Shown here: positions 1 to 13,718 of the stretch, one piece after another
Layout of the letters: every line of letters starts with the position of its first letter
Position numbering within the stretch: the stretch's first letter is position 1
Origin: Octopus bimaculoides
Lineage: Eukaryota
DNA length: 64,000 nucleotides
Assembly: GCF_001194135.2 (NCBI RefSeq)
Contig: NC_068991.1
Coordinates: 40,969,278 to 41,033,277 of the forward strand
Direction of reading: 5' to 3'
Program-made: the position numbers and the translations under genes
The notes under the pieces: model-generated
Seen by the model: only the letters and a program-made list of their open reading frames with translations
The model's database searches: none
What the model was told of the DNA's origin: nothing

Positions 1-57
<57 letters not shown>

Positions 58-85
58 AATATATATATATACATATATATACATA
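1..85. repeat. (TA)n microsatellite
   Basis: Directly visible. Confidence 0.95.
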
Positions 86-86
86 T

Positions 87-786
87 TTGGAAATATGCTG
101 TGCGTGAGAACACCCAGCAAGACAAGTGAGACCATAACCTGTGGCCTTTACCAGGGGTGTGACCAGCCCACTTATGTGTACCTTTCCTTCTTTGGATGCA
201 AAACCCTGCTTGTGAAGACCTGTTGAGGCAAGTGAAATCGAAATCGAAAAGTGAACCAAATTCGTTGACTGGCACCCATGCCAACCTTCCTTCATTGGAC
301 ACTAAACTCAGCTTGCGAAGACCTATTGGGGCAAGTGAGATCAAAACTGAACCAAATTCGATGACTGGCACCCGTGCCAATGGAGCGCTAACAGCACCAT
401 CCAAACGGGATCAGTGCCAGAGCAGCGCTCTCGCTTCCATGCCGGTGGCATGTAAAAAGCACCATTTGAGCGCGATCGTTTCCAGCTTCGCTTTACTGGC
501 ACTCGTGCTGATGGCATGTGAACAAAACATTGGACTGACTCCAGGTGGCATGTAAAAAAACACCATGTGAGTGTGGCCGTTGCCAGTACCGCCGGACTGG
601 CCCTCGTGGCGGTGACACATAAAAAGCACCACGGAGTGGTGTGCGTTAGGAAGGGCATCCAGCTGTAGAAACTCTGCCAGATCAGATTATAGTCTATTGT
701 AGCCATCTGGTTCGCCAGTCCCCAATCAAATCATCCAATCCATGCTAGCATGGAAAACAAACATTAAATGATGATGATGATGATGA

Positions 787-787
<1 letters not shown>
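87..787 (+). mobile_element. 3' end of an RTE-type retroelement with (GAT)n tail
   Basis: Shares blocks (aatatgctgtgc, taggaagggcatccagctgtagaaactctgccagatcag, (gat)n tail) with 5255-6010, where the same sequence follows RTE-like RT coding sequence, and with 23266-23637. Confidence 0.75.
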
Positions 788-831
<44 letters not shown>

Positions 832-1139
832 ATTTAGATACATAACCAAAAGAGTTGCTAATAGTTTCATGCTTTTATGATACTTGAACTGGCATATATA
901 TAAACTATGCCATGTATTTTAAAGCAATCTTTTAGGCTCTGTTTATGCATTATATAAGATACATGGTGTATTTTATGAATATGCTTGCTCAAGTATCATA
1001 ATAGTATGAAACTATCAATAGCTCTTTCAGTTGTGTATTTTAATTGATATTCATCTCTCTCTGAACGGAGTACTTTTTTTTGTTGATTCTACCTCTATTG
1101 AATCTTTAAACTATATTATATATATATATATAATATATT

Positions 1140-1526
1140 GTGGCACTCTGTCGGTTATGACAACAAGGGTTCCAGTTGATCCAATCAATGGAACAGCCTG
1201 CTCATGAAATTAACGTGCAAGTGGTTGAGCACTCCACAGACACGTATACCCTTAACATAGTTCACAGGGAGATTCAGTGTGACACAGAGTGTGACAAGGC
1301 TGGCCCTTTGACATACAAGTACAACAGAAACAGGAAGAAAGAGTGAAAGAAAGTTGTGAGAGAAAGTTGTGGTACAGCAGGGTTCACCACCACCCCTTGC
1401 CGGAGCCTCGTGGAGCTTTAGGGGTTTTCACTCAATAAACACTCACACCGCCCGGTCTGGGAATCGAAACCGTGATCCTATGACCATGAGTCCACTGCCC
1501 TAACTACTGGGTCATTGTACCTCCAC
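1140..1526 (-). mobile_element. tRNA-derived SINE, near full length
   Basis: Minus-strand head with degenerate A/B boxes; homologous to 56330-56473. Confidence 0.75.
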
Positions 1527-2020
1527 ACACACTCACACACGCACACAAGACTCAATTGAATTAGGTACTTAAATTGAGGCATATATAATATATATATCAT
1601 CATCATCATCATCATTTAACATCCATTGTCAATGCTGGCATGGGTGTATATTTATATGTATGTATATATGTATGTATGTATGTAAGAAAGCTAAGAACAA
1701 TGAAATATGAAGAACTTGCAACTACAGATTTAAGACTTTGATACAAGAAGCAACTGAAAATAATTTTTCCCCCTTCAATTTATTTCCTTTATTTCCTATA
1801 TCATGCACCACAGATATTATGCAACTATGAATATTTCAAAGCAATTTTTCATGGATTCCCTTCCGTAAATTACTTAACTATGGGATGAAATTGGTATTAG
1901 TTTCTACCTTGGTTTGACTGAACAATATACAAAAACAATCAATGTATATAAGTATTTGCCTAATGACTTTTTTTATATATATGCTTACACTTTTTTCTTT
2001 ATATTTCATATTTTTTACAG

Positions 2021-2230
2021 AGTGCCAACAAACCCTGCTTTGGGTTTCTGTTCGATATTGATGGAGTAATTGTAAGAGGTAAAAACCTCCTTCCTTCAGC
2101 AAAAGAGGCATTCAAACTTTTGACTGATGAATACGGCAGGTTTATAGTACCTGCATTATTTGTTACAAATGCTGGTAATATGTTACGACAAGAAAAAGCT
2201 AAACAACTTTCTAAATGGCTGGATGTACAG
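2021..2230 (+). CDS. HDHD5: HDHD5/CECR5-like HAD hydrolase, first coding exon present in window (true exon 1 not found, presumably upstream)
   Basis: ttttttacag| acceptor, |gtaatt donor; 210 nt, phase 0-0. Translates SANKPCFGFLFDIDGVIVRGKNLLPSAKEAFKLLTDEYGRFIVPALFVTNAGNMLRQEKAKQLSKWLDVQ, with HAD motif I (DxDGV) and motif II (FVTNAG). Confidence 0.95.
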
Positions 2231-4689
2231 GTAATTGTTTTTTGCTATTAAAATAACTATTATGTTTATTTACTGCTTTATATATAACTAGAGTTCCTGA
2301 GCCTTAAGTGATGATGGAATTTTAGTAAAAAAGTTATCTGATGACAATTGACAAGTAGAGGATGAGGAAATAAATTTTAAAAATGCAAAATTAACAGGAA
2401 AATAAGAAAATTATATTTATTTCCAAAATACTATATGGGTGTGATTCACAGCAGAAGTTGATGAAGAACAACATTTCTGGGCAGTCATGAGGAGGCACTA
2501 ACACATCTTGGCCTTCAGAATTTTCAGTCTGTAATTTCAAAGTGTTCTTAACCCTAACCATAACCCAAGTCATTTCATAGCATAGAGTACAGGTACAGCA
2601 GTAGACTACATGCTAAAGTAGCATAGAAATTTCTTATGATTTCTGTGAAGTTGGACAAATCATCTGAATTTATGAACATTAAAACATTATGGCACAATGA
2701 AGATTACAGAATGAACTTCCAAATACAAAAAATAAATAGAACAACTCCAGCAAATAAGTGGAGACTGTTTGAAAATTTAGAGAGAAAATATTTTATTGGT
2801 CTTAGTGGGAAAAATAGGATGAAATTCAAGTTTCATTGTTCTATATAGTATGGCAGTAACTTACTTACCTTAAAAGAACTGTTTGAGCTACAGTAGTGAT
2901 GAAGATCTCTTATAAATATTGTGATGCATGGTAGATCATTAAAATTAATATTAAAACATTAGTTAAGCATTAGAAAAGGAGAAAAGAATAAACTTTCAAA
3001 TACAAAAGACAAACAGAACTAAATAGAGATGTTGTTGCAGTGTGAAAATAGAAATGCTGTTGGTTAATTTAGAAAACTTCAAACTGTTTGATTAAACATT
3101 ATGAGGCAAATACAAAAGAATAAACAGAATGACTTCAGCTTGTCAAATGATTTAGAACGTAAATCTTATAAAGTGGAACAAAAATCAACAGCTTCAAATA
3201 CAAAGACATAGCATATTATACATATTGATAATTTCTTATATAGACACACAACCAGAAACTTTTTTGAGGGAAGGAACAGTCAATTATATCAATCCCCTTG
3301 TACATATTTTATCAATCTTGGCAGGATAAGATATAAAATCAACCTTGGCAGGATTTGAAATCAACAGTTTTTCTTTTTCTCTGTTTATATAGCTTATATA
3401 TTTCTAGTGCCTTCATGACTATGTGGTTCAGAAATGTGTTTTATAGGTATGTTGATTCTGGTTCAATCCTATTGCATGGCACCTTAAGTTGCTGGCTTCT
3501 ACCATCACCTTAAGTTGTTCAATGCCTGGTGAAGGCAGCTTGGTCATATGTGTGTGTATATGATCGTACAAAAAGCATTCATACACTTATGAAACATACA
3601 CTTATGTATATCTAAACATGCATACAAGTGCATATACATACCCCTGAAGCTATAAAGGCTCATTTCATACATTATATAAAAAAATAGGGTCTTACATTAA
3701 TGGTTACAACAAAGGACCTTAGGCCACTAAAAGGCTGGCAATAAATGAATACATTTCATGGTATATCAAAGAGAAAAATGTGTCTAGAGATATAAATATG
3801 TAACAGTCATGTGTGTATAAAAGAAATGTAATATGACATAATGTGGTGTAGATGATTAGAGAGCAGAGAAGAAGTATTTGTACAAAAACATGGAGAATAT
3901 AATGGGGTGTATACAAATGTACAATGGAGTATATGTAAAAAACACTCACAAAGCTGTAAACACCTAAAGCTAGATTAAGGTATAAAATCTACAAAATTAA
4001 CTCTGTTACTATTGGCACTTACAGTAATGTTAATGTCAGAATTTCTAGAAAATATTGATTAAATTCTTTCTAAGTCTGTCTAATTGGTGGTCATTCTCAT
4101 TACAGGTCAAGATTAGACCATTGTCCCTGTATAATCATAATTCTATAAAATGAAATTTATATAGCAAGCTGTCTAAAATAAATAATCCTATTAGATTGTG
4201 GATTTCAGCTTCTTCAAAGCAGCTGATATATATATATATCATCATCATTTAACATCCATCTTCCATGCATATATATATACTTGCATTATTTAAAATAATA
4301 CATGTTTACTATGGTAATGCATCCACAATGATGTACAGTAGTCAACCAGAGTTAGCTGCAGCATACCTATACATATATGCCCCAGCAAATTTCTTTTCTC
4401 ATAACTTTCAGAAAAATAGATATGTTTCAATGAAATTTTCTACAAATATGCTTCAAATAGTGTAGATTCTGATTATATTAATTTGTGAAATGTATTTTCC
4501 CTGCAAAAAATGTGATGTGTGTCAGCATGTATGTGTGTTACCCCCCCCCCCAATTTTAATATTACACATAAAAGGTGCAGCAATATCAAAGGAAGGTTAA
4601 CAGGGAAACTAGCTTTGTATGTAGAAAGGTTAACAGGGAAACTAGCTTTGTATGTAGAAGTTTCACAGATACAATGAACGCTGAAAATG

Positions 4690-6010
4690 TGCAGAAAATA
4701 GACTCCATCAACTGCCAGTTGAGCAAACTACAGGTAGGAGATAGCTTCCATTATCTAGGTGACCAAGTTAGTAGTGGAGGGGGTGCTCTTGAGAGCATAG
4801 CTGTGAAAATTAGATTAGGCTGGGCAAAGTTCAGAGAGCTCCTACTTCTGCTGCACCAAAGGTCCTCTCTCTCAGAGTGAAAGGCAGATTGTATGATACC
4901 TGTGTGTGAACAGCCATGTTATATGGCAGTGAAACATGAGCTGTGACAGCCAAGGACATGCGTAGGCTTGAAAGAAATGAAGCCAGTATGCTTCGCTGGA
5001 TGTGCAATGTCAATGTGCATGTTTAAGAGAAAAGTTAGACATGAGAGGCATCAGATGTGGTGTGCAAGAGAGATGACTGCACTCATATGGTCATATGATG
5101 TGTATAGACGAGAACAGCTGTGTAAAGAAGTACCAATCTCTAACTTTGGAGGGAACCTGTGGCAGAGGTAGGCCCAGGAAGACATGGGATGAAGTGGTGA
5201 AGCATGATCTTTGAACTTTGAACCTCATCGAGGCAATGACTAGTGACCAAGACCTTTGGCAATATGCTGTGCTTGAGAGGACTCTTCAAGCCAAGCGAAA
5301 TCATAGTCATGGCTGATGTTGGTGCCACATAACTGGCACCCATGCTGGTGGCACGTAACGAGTACTATTGGAGCATTAAGCCTCATGGAGGCAAAATGGC
5401 TGAGTTCCTTTCAAGCATTGGGCCTCACAGTAGCAAAATGGCTGAGTTCCTCTTGAGTGTTAGGCCTCCCAGAGGCAAAGTGGCTGAGTTCTTTTCAAGC
5501 ATTAAGCCTCACGGTGGCAAAGTGGCCAAGTTCCTTTCAAGCATTGGGCCTCATGGAGGCAAAGTGGCTGAGTTCCTTTTGAGCATTGGGCCTCACAGAG
5601 GCACAGTGGCTGAGTTCTTTTTGAACATTGGGCCTCACAGAGGCAAAGCAGCTGAGTTCCTTTCATGTGTTGGGTCTTATGGAGGCAAAGTGGCTGAGTT
5701 CCTTTTAAGTTCCTCACAGAGGCAATGCCTAAGACCTTTGACATTATGTCATGTTTGAAAAGAAGCCCCATCAAGCTGAGCAAAGTCACAGTCATGGAAG
5801 ATACTGGTGTCACACAAATGACACCTGTGCCAGTGGCACATAAAAGCACCCATTACACTCTTGGAGTGGTTAGCGTTAGGAAGGGCATCCAACCATAGAA
5901 AACAATGTCAAATCAGACTGGAATCTGGTGCAGCCTTCCAGCTTACCAGCCCTGGTCAGACCGGTCAACCCATGCCAGCATGGACAACGGATGTTAAATG
6001 ATGATGATGA
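4690..6010 (+). mobile_element. Degenerate RTE-clade LINE (RT C-terminus, 3' UTR, (GAT)n tail)
   Basis: GDSFHYLGDQVSSGGGALESIAVKIRLGWAKFREL..., then an LYGSET-like motif; frameshifted, with stops. Confidence 0.8.
5370..5710 (+). repeat. 42-bp tandem repeat, about 8 units
   Basis: Unit like aagcattgggcctcatggaggcaaagtggctgagttcctttt; reads as 14-aa repeats (SIGPHGGKVAEFLL) in ORF 5342..5758. Confidence 0.9.
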
Positions 6011-6016
6011 TAAAAA

Positions 6017-6230
6017 AGGCAGCAAGCTGGCAGATTTGTTAGTGCATTGGGCAAAATGCTTAGTAGCATTTCATCTGTCTTTACATTCTGATTTCAAATG
6101 CTGCCAAGGTCAACTTTCACTTTCATCCTTTTGGTATTGATAAAATAAGTACCAGTTGAGCACTGGGGTCAATGTAATCAACTGACCCCCTCTCCTGAAT
6201 TTGCTGACCATGTGCCAAAATTTGAAACTA
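6017..6230 (+). mobile_element. SINE (ggcagcaagctggcaga... family)
   Basis: Homologous to 43335-43580, 47535-47840, 57860-58260 and 62070-63120. Confidence 0.75.
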
Positions 6231-6659
6231 ATATTTTTTTTGCTGTTTAACTAGGTCAGCCCTTTCGAGAACAATTTTTTAAAATGATAAGGTAGTGAGT
6301 TGAGAGAATTTAGCTACTATTTTACGTAGATTCAATGTATATTTAGTCTTTGACATTGACTGTGTTAGAATTGTGTAGAGTGTTTTTAATTCTTCTAAAT
6401 CAGCTGAAAAGGCCTTGGTTTACTATTTAATCTTGTTTATGTTATGTATGACATATGACAAACAAGCAAACAAAAAATATGCACAAAACACACACACACA
6501 GACAATATCAGTGTTAGTTTCATAGCTACAGTGTTCAGGAGCTTAACAAACAACAAGGATAACATATGAATTGTTCTCTCTATCATGTTTTGTCATACAT
6601 TCTCTACATAGCTGTCAACTGAAATAAAAGTGTTGATGGAAAGCTAGTTACTTGTGGAG

Positions 6660-7480
6660 TTAAGCAGGTTGCACAGCACAGCACCATTATTGTTGACTGC
6701 TATAGTTCTACTGTTGCATGAGACAATTTAGGTTTTTGGTAAGTTCTATAATTCTATAATTTCTCTATAATGAGAAAGTTTGGTATTGATGAATGAGTTG
6801 TGAAAACTGGTCAAGCCATGTGTGAAGGTACTAACGCTAAAGGTCTTACTTAATGGTGTTTGTGGCTGAATGTCCACTAATGCTCTTCTGTTCACAGCCA
6901 TCTTCTTTTATAATAGTCTTTGAGGCAATTACATAGAGGTCCAAGGCTAAATTTTGTATGATAATCTGTTTCTCAGCACAAAATTTGTCAAAGAACTGTG
7001 AAAAAAGATGTAGACTGGGTGAGATTCAAATGTTTATTTCTTGCAATTTGGAAAGGTTATTCTTTGCTATGGTTTGTTGGTTTCATAGACACAAAAATTT
7101 AATAGTAGCTAAAATCTAGTATGGCTAGATTTCACTGCTGCTGAGTAGAAATGAGTCAAGAAGCTAGTCAGGAGAGATGGATTATACTGTTTTTTTATAC
7201 AGGATTTATGTTCACTGAGTGAAGAGTAGATGTGAGTTTACTGTGACAGACGCATCACGGCAGATGTAGGACTGAAGAGGTTATGTAGTTTGGTCACATA
7301 TAAAAACATGATGCCACAGAGATGAAACAATGTAACATTGGGAAGAATGGAAATATGGTGTATCAAGACAAGTTGAGAAAGAAGGGGAGTTACTGTATTG
7401 CAAGTCTGATTAACCTATGCTACCATGAAAAAGTGGATTTCATTTAATTGATCCGTTGTATATGTTGTTAATCTATCACT
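6660..7480 (+). mobile_element. Highly decayed RTE reverse-transcriptase fragment
   Basis: Hand translation gives RKFGIDE.VVKTGQAM, FFIIVFEAIT and an LYDNL remnant of the YADD region. Confidence 0.5.
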
Positions 7481-8732
7481 ATGATACACAATCTGTGTTG
7501 GTCTCAGGCTGTGTATCTGTCAGGAAAAGGGAGTGGGGAAGTGAGAATTGAAACATGAGTTAAAAGAAGAGGTGAGTGTATGAAACAATGGGTTTGAGGT
7601 GAAAATTTCATTACAATTCTTGAATACAGTTACAAAGTTATCCCTCTGGAATGTTTATTACTGTTATCACCACTACTACCACTAGAAGTAATTTACTTTA
7701 GTTAACTAAAATATGAATACAATATGCTTCAGTGGTTAAAGAAATGTTATAATCATTATGATTCTGATTAATTTTTTGTAAAATTGTAAGAATGAAACTG
7801 AGCAGTTTCACATACTCAATTGCAATAATTTCTAAGTTTGAATCTACAGTTTTCTAAAGAATTTTAGTAAAATGTAGTCATATGAAGAACTGGTATAAAA
7901 GAAATAAGCATTAGTAAGTAAAACAGTGAAAATATCTGAGTATTATAGTCTTACAGTAATTTGTAAGTAAACAGTATAATTTTTATTGATAACATTTTTA
8001 TTGATAACACAGCGGTGCATCAGCATGGCCACAGCTCTAAGCTGAAACTATAATTTAAAAAAAAAAAAAACATATTTATTGAAAATATGCAGGTAAAAAT
8101 ATTGTTGTATTCAATCTTAATTATAAGTTAATTTTTTTATTTTTAAAATCAGATAAATTTTATTATTGTATAAACGCCTTAAATTTGAAAGAAGTAAAAT
8201 TATAATTATTGTTACTTGGTATCACCCATAGTGGCAAAAATATATTTCCAACATTATTACTCTCACACAATGAGTAACTTCTACTGTTAAGACTTATTGT
8301 TGGTTGCTTGTTCCTACCAAAAATATGATATTAACTGACATGGAATGAATACAGTATATCTTTTATGAATTGACAATCAAGCAGTATTATTCGTTTTATT
8401 CAATTCTATTTCAATTTAAACATTTTTATTTTGGAAATAATTCATTTTGTTATTTTGTATATACACCATGAAATTTGAAAAAGTAAAATTATATTAGAGT
8501 ACCTGTTTATTACTACCTGATATTACCCACAATGGTAAAAGTATATTTCCATCATTACCTGTCATAAAATGGGTAACAATCTTGTACTAAATAAACAGGA
8601 AAATGGCAATTTTTGCAGATCTTATTTCAGCCAATTGTCTTGTTAATCATTCAATATCCTATCTTTTTTTTTCTCTATTTTCTGTATTAAAAAATATGAT
8701 AATGTAAATAAATGTTTTCTTTGTGTTTCTAG

Positions 8733-8957
<225 letters not shown>

Positions 8958-9298
8958 TGAGTTATATATTGCATTTTTAAGAATCAATTGATAATATTAA
9001 TCAAGAATATTTCAGAATCATTACTTTCTTCCTTATTTATTTATAGAGCAATTCAACTATTTTAGTATTTAGTCTTTCATCTCTTTGAAACTACTAAAAT
9101 AGTTAACTTAATTGGAATTTGAACTATATAAGCATAGGCTTCTAACCACAGATTACATAACAACAGACATTGTTTATAAAATTATTAGTGGCTTAACTTC
9201 TTAATTATATTTTATTACACATTTATAATTTCTTTTGCATACCAGTTTTGATGATTAAATGATACACTACGTAATTCCTTTTTTTTTTGTTTTAACAG

Positions 9299-9335
9299 CC
9301 ATGTGCTTTTGAGAAATACTTTCCTAAAATTGAAG
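9299..9335 (+). CDS. HDHD5: HDHD5 37-nt micro-exon
   Basis: Long T tract then tttaacag| ... |gtaagt; phase 0-1. PCAFEKYFPKIE, and the split codon G+CT joins the next exon in frame. Confidence 0.9.
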
Positions 9336-9364
9336 GTAAGTTTTTGAAAAATGTTTTTTAGTGT

Positions 9365-9495
9365 AAAATAACTTGTTTCAAAAGTTGTTGGAAAGATGGT
9401 GAATAATTTTGTGGGTATCTTCCAAGTCAGCTGCCAGATGTTAGAGCTTTAATGTATCCATGCCCAGGGAAGCAAGACGTTCAGAGTATGATAAG
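9365..9495 (-). mobile_element. Short CR1/L2-type LINE fragment
   Basis: Aligns by eye with 11020-11150 (gttggaaagatggtg...caagtcag...gagctttaatgt...cagggaagcaaga). Confidence 0.7.
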
Positions 9496-9499
9496 TACA

Positions 9500-10030
9500 G
9501 TGGTGGCTGTGTGGTTAGAAGCTTGCTTCCCAACCATGTGGTTCCTAGTTCAGTCCCACTGCATGGCACCTTAGGGAACCGTTTTCTACTGTAGCTTTGG
9601 GCTGACCAAAGCCTTGTGAGTGAATTTGGTAAACAGAAACTGAAAGAAGCTCATATATATATATATATTTACAGTGAGGGATTATCAATCTGGGCAAAAT
9701 ACTTCACAAGCTCTCTGTTGGCACACCAGGCTAACAATATTACTTAGATTAGTGAAGAACTCCTGGTAATCTTTTGGTGGGCTCCAGACAAACTGGTTTT
9801 TACAGAGCGATGTATAAGAAACAAGAGATATATAAAAAATGACTCTGATGAACGTAGCATTAATTTTCTTAGGTCATTCAGTTTGCCTCATTTGATTTGT
9901 AGACTAATTGAGTAAACCTATCAACAATGTACCTATAATGACCACTGGAAACAGTTGTAAGCCAAATTTTCTCCAATAAAGGAATACTATGTAATACCTT
10001 TATTTTTAACCTGTTTCTTATATATATACA

Positions 10031-10101
<71 letters not shown>

Positions 10102-10330
10102 TTATGTATGTATGTGTGTGTGTGGTCTTTGTGTCTGTGTTTGTCCCCCACTGCACCTTGACAACTGGTATCCCCATAACTTAGCAGTTCAACAAAAGAG
10201 ACCGATAGAATAAGTACCAGGCTTAAGAAAATAAGTCTTTGTGTCAATTTGTTCAACTAAAACCCTTCAAGGTGTTGCCCCAGCTTGGCCACAATCAAAT
10301 GACTGAAACAAACAAAAGATAAAAGAAAAA
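9500..10330 (+). mobile_element. SINE (ggctgtgtggttagaagcttgcttcccaacc... family), interrupted by other sequence and (TA)n
   Basis: Head at about 9500-9655 and tail at about 10105-10330 match copies at 33720-33940 and 46745-47145. Confidence 0.7.
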
Positions 10331-10724
10331 GATACTGTATTGGCAGAGAATTGATAATTGATGGTTATGAGTTCTGCTTTTCAAATTCTACTGACTTGAC
10401 ATTTTTGTCCCTTAGGGTCTTTTAGATTAAATATTATATAGATTAAAAACAGGTAGAGCAACTTAGACATGGGATATTGATATTGCATTTTGGGTGTCCA
10501 CAGTTACAACTTCTAAGTCTTTTGTGGAACAGATCTATGGTAAGTCTAGAAAAAGAGAGACTTAAAAAACAAATCAAATTTTCCTCTCATGGGAAGTTGT
10601 CTGTTGGAATGACATTCTCATTGTTCTAATAAATATTTAAATGAAGCTACTAATTAATGTGGTAATTGAAACTTGCACATTCACTCAACAAAAAAAAAAA
10701 AGCAATGAAATAATAATGATAATG

Positions 10725-12870
10725 AAATGAATTTATTGTATACAGTGCTTAGATGCACTACATCTCATCAGAAAAAGTAGCCAAAAGTGCATGAACAGTA
10801 CATAGAATAACTCATGGGAAGTGAACAATGAATGAATCATTAAAAAAAAAGAGAGGGGACATCATGTGTACTGTTGGCAAATTTCAGGTGCAGGTAGTTT
10901 TTCCATGCTTCAACAATTCTGAGTGTGAAAAAATGTTTCCAAAAATCATGAGTGCTGTGTTGTTTTTTGATTTTGTAAACATGTCCACAAGTGTTAGACA
11001 TATGGTATTCAAAAAGGTACCCAAAGTTGTTGTTGGAAAGATGGTGGATAATCCTGTGGATATCTACCAAGTCAGTTGCCAAACATTGGAGCTTTAATGT
11101 GTCCACGTCCAGGGAAGCAAGATGTTTAGAGTATGATAGGCACCTGACGGCAGGTATTTGTCTGTACACATTTCTGAACAGTTTCCAGGAGACTGATATG
11201 ATGAGCAAACACACAAACCATTGCTGAGCAAGATAGGGGTTCCAGACTGGTGATGCAAACTCTGAGTGTGGACATGCTATAGCCATATACAGCTGTAAAT
11301 AGATAGCTGAAGAGTGGCTGACAAAGATCTTGCTGAGTGATACTAAGTCACCGTTGGCCTTCTTGACAATTTTTAAAGATGTGGTTTGCCCAATTCAAAC
11401 TGCTGTTGACAATAATGCCCAGGTCATGTTCATTGCAGACTTCTTAAGATTGGTATTGTAGAGGGAGTATGTAAAAGCTGCGTTTTTCCTCCCAAAATGC
11501 ATGCTTGAGTTGCTAGTCAGTAATCCATTGCTGCATTGTGTCCAGACCTGATTGCAAGATCTATAGCATATAGGATCTGTTCTTTTTATCTCAAGGTACA
11601 GCTTGATGTCATCTGCATATTTCAACATTCTTCAAGTTGGCATCAATGTCATCAGTATATGCAACAAACAACAAGGGTCCAAGAACAGATCCCTGTGGGA
11701 CACTAGATGTCATTCCATAGGGTGAAGAATGCTGTCTAAGAATCTTGACTACCTCTTTTCAAACAAGAATGAAGGACTTCAGCCAATTATAAAGATCATC
11801 TTTCACACCCATTGTAGAGAGTTTTGCCATAAGTTGTTTGTATGGCACAGAACCGAAGGCTTTTACAAAGTCAAGATAGATAACATCTATCCATGAGCCA
11901 CCATCAGTGATTCAGGTGATATCTTCAAGAAACTCAATGAGTTGGCCACAGCAGCTGGAGTTAAGGATAACTCCAACTGGTGAGGGTTGAATAAGGCTGT
12001 GAGAGTTCCAGAAGTTTCAGAGTGTTTCCCTGACACAGGACTCCATCAGTTTGATGATGCAGCTAGTAGACCTGACTGGATGGTAGTTGACAGGTGATGT
12101 GCAATCACCCTTTTTCAACAAGAGAATGACGCTGGCAATTTTCCATTGCTCTGGGGTGAACATTTATTAAGGAAAAATTGGAAGAAGAATGAAAGCTAGT
12201 GCAAAAATAAAACCTGTGTTTGAGAAGTAGATAAGTAACACCGTGAAGACCAGAAGAGGCACAGTCATTGTCACCTAAATGTTTCTCAGTAGTGACACTG
12301 ATAATTGTTTCAGGAGGAGTGGTAAAGATCAGATCCAAAGTGTTGTTAATTCTTGTTGGGGAGGTGACTACTTGGGACCAGCTTAAATCTAATACTAAAT
12401 CAAGGAAATCATTTGCACTTTGCAGCCATTGAAAGGTTTCCCAATCAATCTTAGGGTAATTGAAGTCATCAACAATGAAGACATAAGTGATTGTTATCTT
12501 AGATGCAGCTCTGAGCATGTCAAGAAGTTGTGTGTCCTGATGATAATTTGTGGCTAGTAAACAACCCCAAGTAGAAGTATTGACACGTTTATACATATAT
12601 TACATAAAAATACCTCTTGTGATTGGTTCAGATCATCACAAGGAATTGCTGAAAATTTTGAACAAACATAAACTATCACATCACCTTCGTGATGATTAAT
12701 GCAGTCTTTGCAAAACAAGTTGTAACCAGCTATATTAAAAACACCATTGCAGATTAAAGAGTGTGCTCATGTTTCTGTGACTAATGAAATCAGCGTTGAT
12801 ACTTCTGATGTAAGAGTCAAAAAGGTAGATCCTGTTGCATAAACTTTGGGCATTTAAGGACAGTAATTTG
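10725..12870 (-). mobile_element. Decayed CR1/L2-group LINE with APE endonuclease and RT remnants, internally deleted
   Basis: Minus strand: LNAQSL and ISVTET (endonuclease), DDFNYPKIDW and NTLDLIFT, QGSVLGPLLF, KYADDIKLY, KHFFTLRIVEAW; short-repeat 3' tail near 10725. Confidence 0.88.
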
Positions 12871-13442
12871 TATCTTGATTTAAGCCTATCATATTGATAT
12901 ATGGTGGATGGTGGATAGTGAATTGTACTTAAGAAAACAAAATACTATCTTATAAATACAGTCTTTATCCCACTTTTTACAAATATCTTTCACTTATTTA
13001 CAGGTTTACAGACCTCTCTCAGTCTCTCTTTCTCTCTCTAGCCATATTAGTTATGATACTCACCCATATGTCACTAGTTTGCAAAGAATGTTACTCTGAT
13101 GTTAGTCTTACCACTTGTCTTTTTGAAAGTGATTCAGAAGAAAGTGCCATGTGTCTGGTGCATACTTTTCTGTAAGTAAAATTCAATACTTTACCCAAGT
13201 GCAAGAGAGCCACTAACTATAGTGAGTTGGGAACTCATGACCCTAATGTGTTGTATTTTGTCCACTAACACTATCAAATTAACTTAATATAATATGCTTA
13301 TTGGGAATCAACTATTCATTATCTTGCAGATGGATTTGAGTTGCATTATCCTGGATACAGTACAATACTAGTTAGTAGATACAAACTCGTGACTATTAAA
13401 CTAGATATACAGTTATGACCCAACTTCAATAGCTAGATCTAA

Positions 13443-13718
<276 letters not shown>

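Noticed and set aside
196-706. ORFs 196..555, 341..706 and 411..632
   Set aside because: Lie in the non-coding 3' part of a dispersed RTE repeat; no splice or domain support.
790-2020. Search for HDHD5 exon 1 and promoter
   Set aside because: No ATG-containing exon with a phase-0 donor and no CpG-rich promoter; occupied by SINE and microsatellite.
3500-3960. Possible Penelope-like terminal repeat
   Set aside because: No RT or GIY-YIG remnant or second copy seen; cannot be supported.
5370-5710. CRISPR-like regular array
   Set aside because: Units are contiguous and vary throughout, with no unique spacers and no cas genes; eukaryotic retroelement context.
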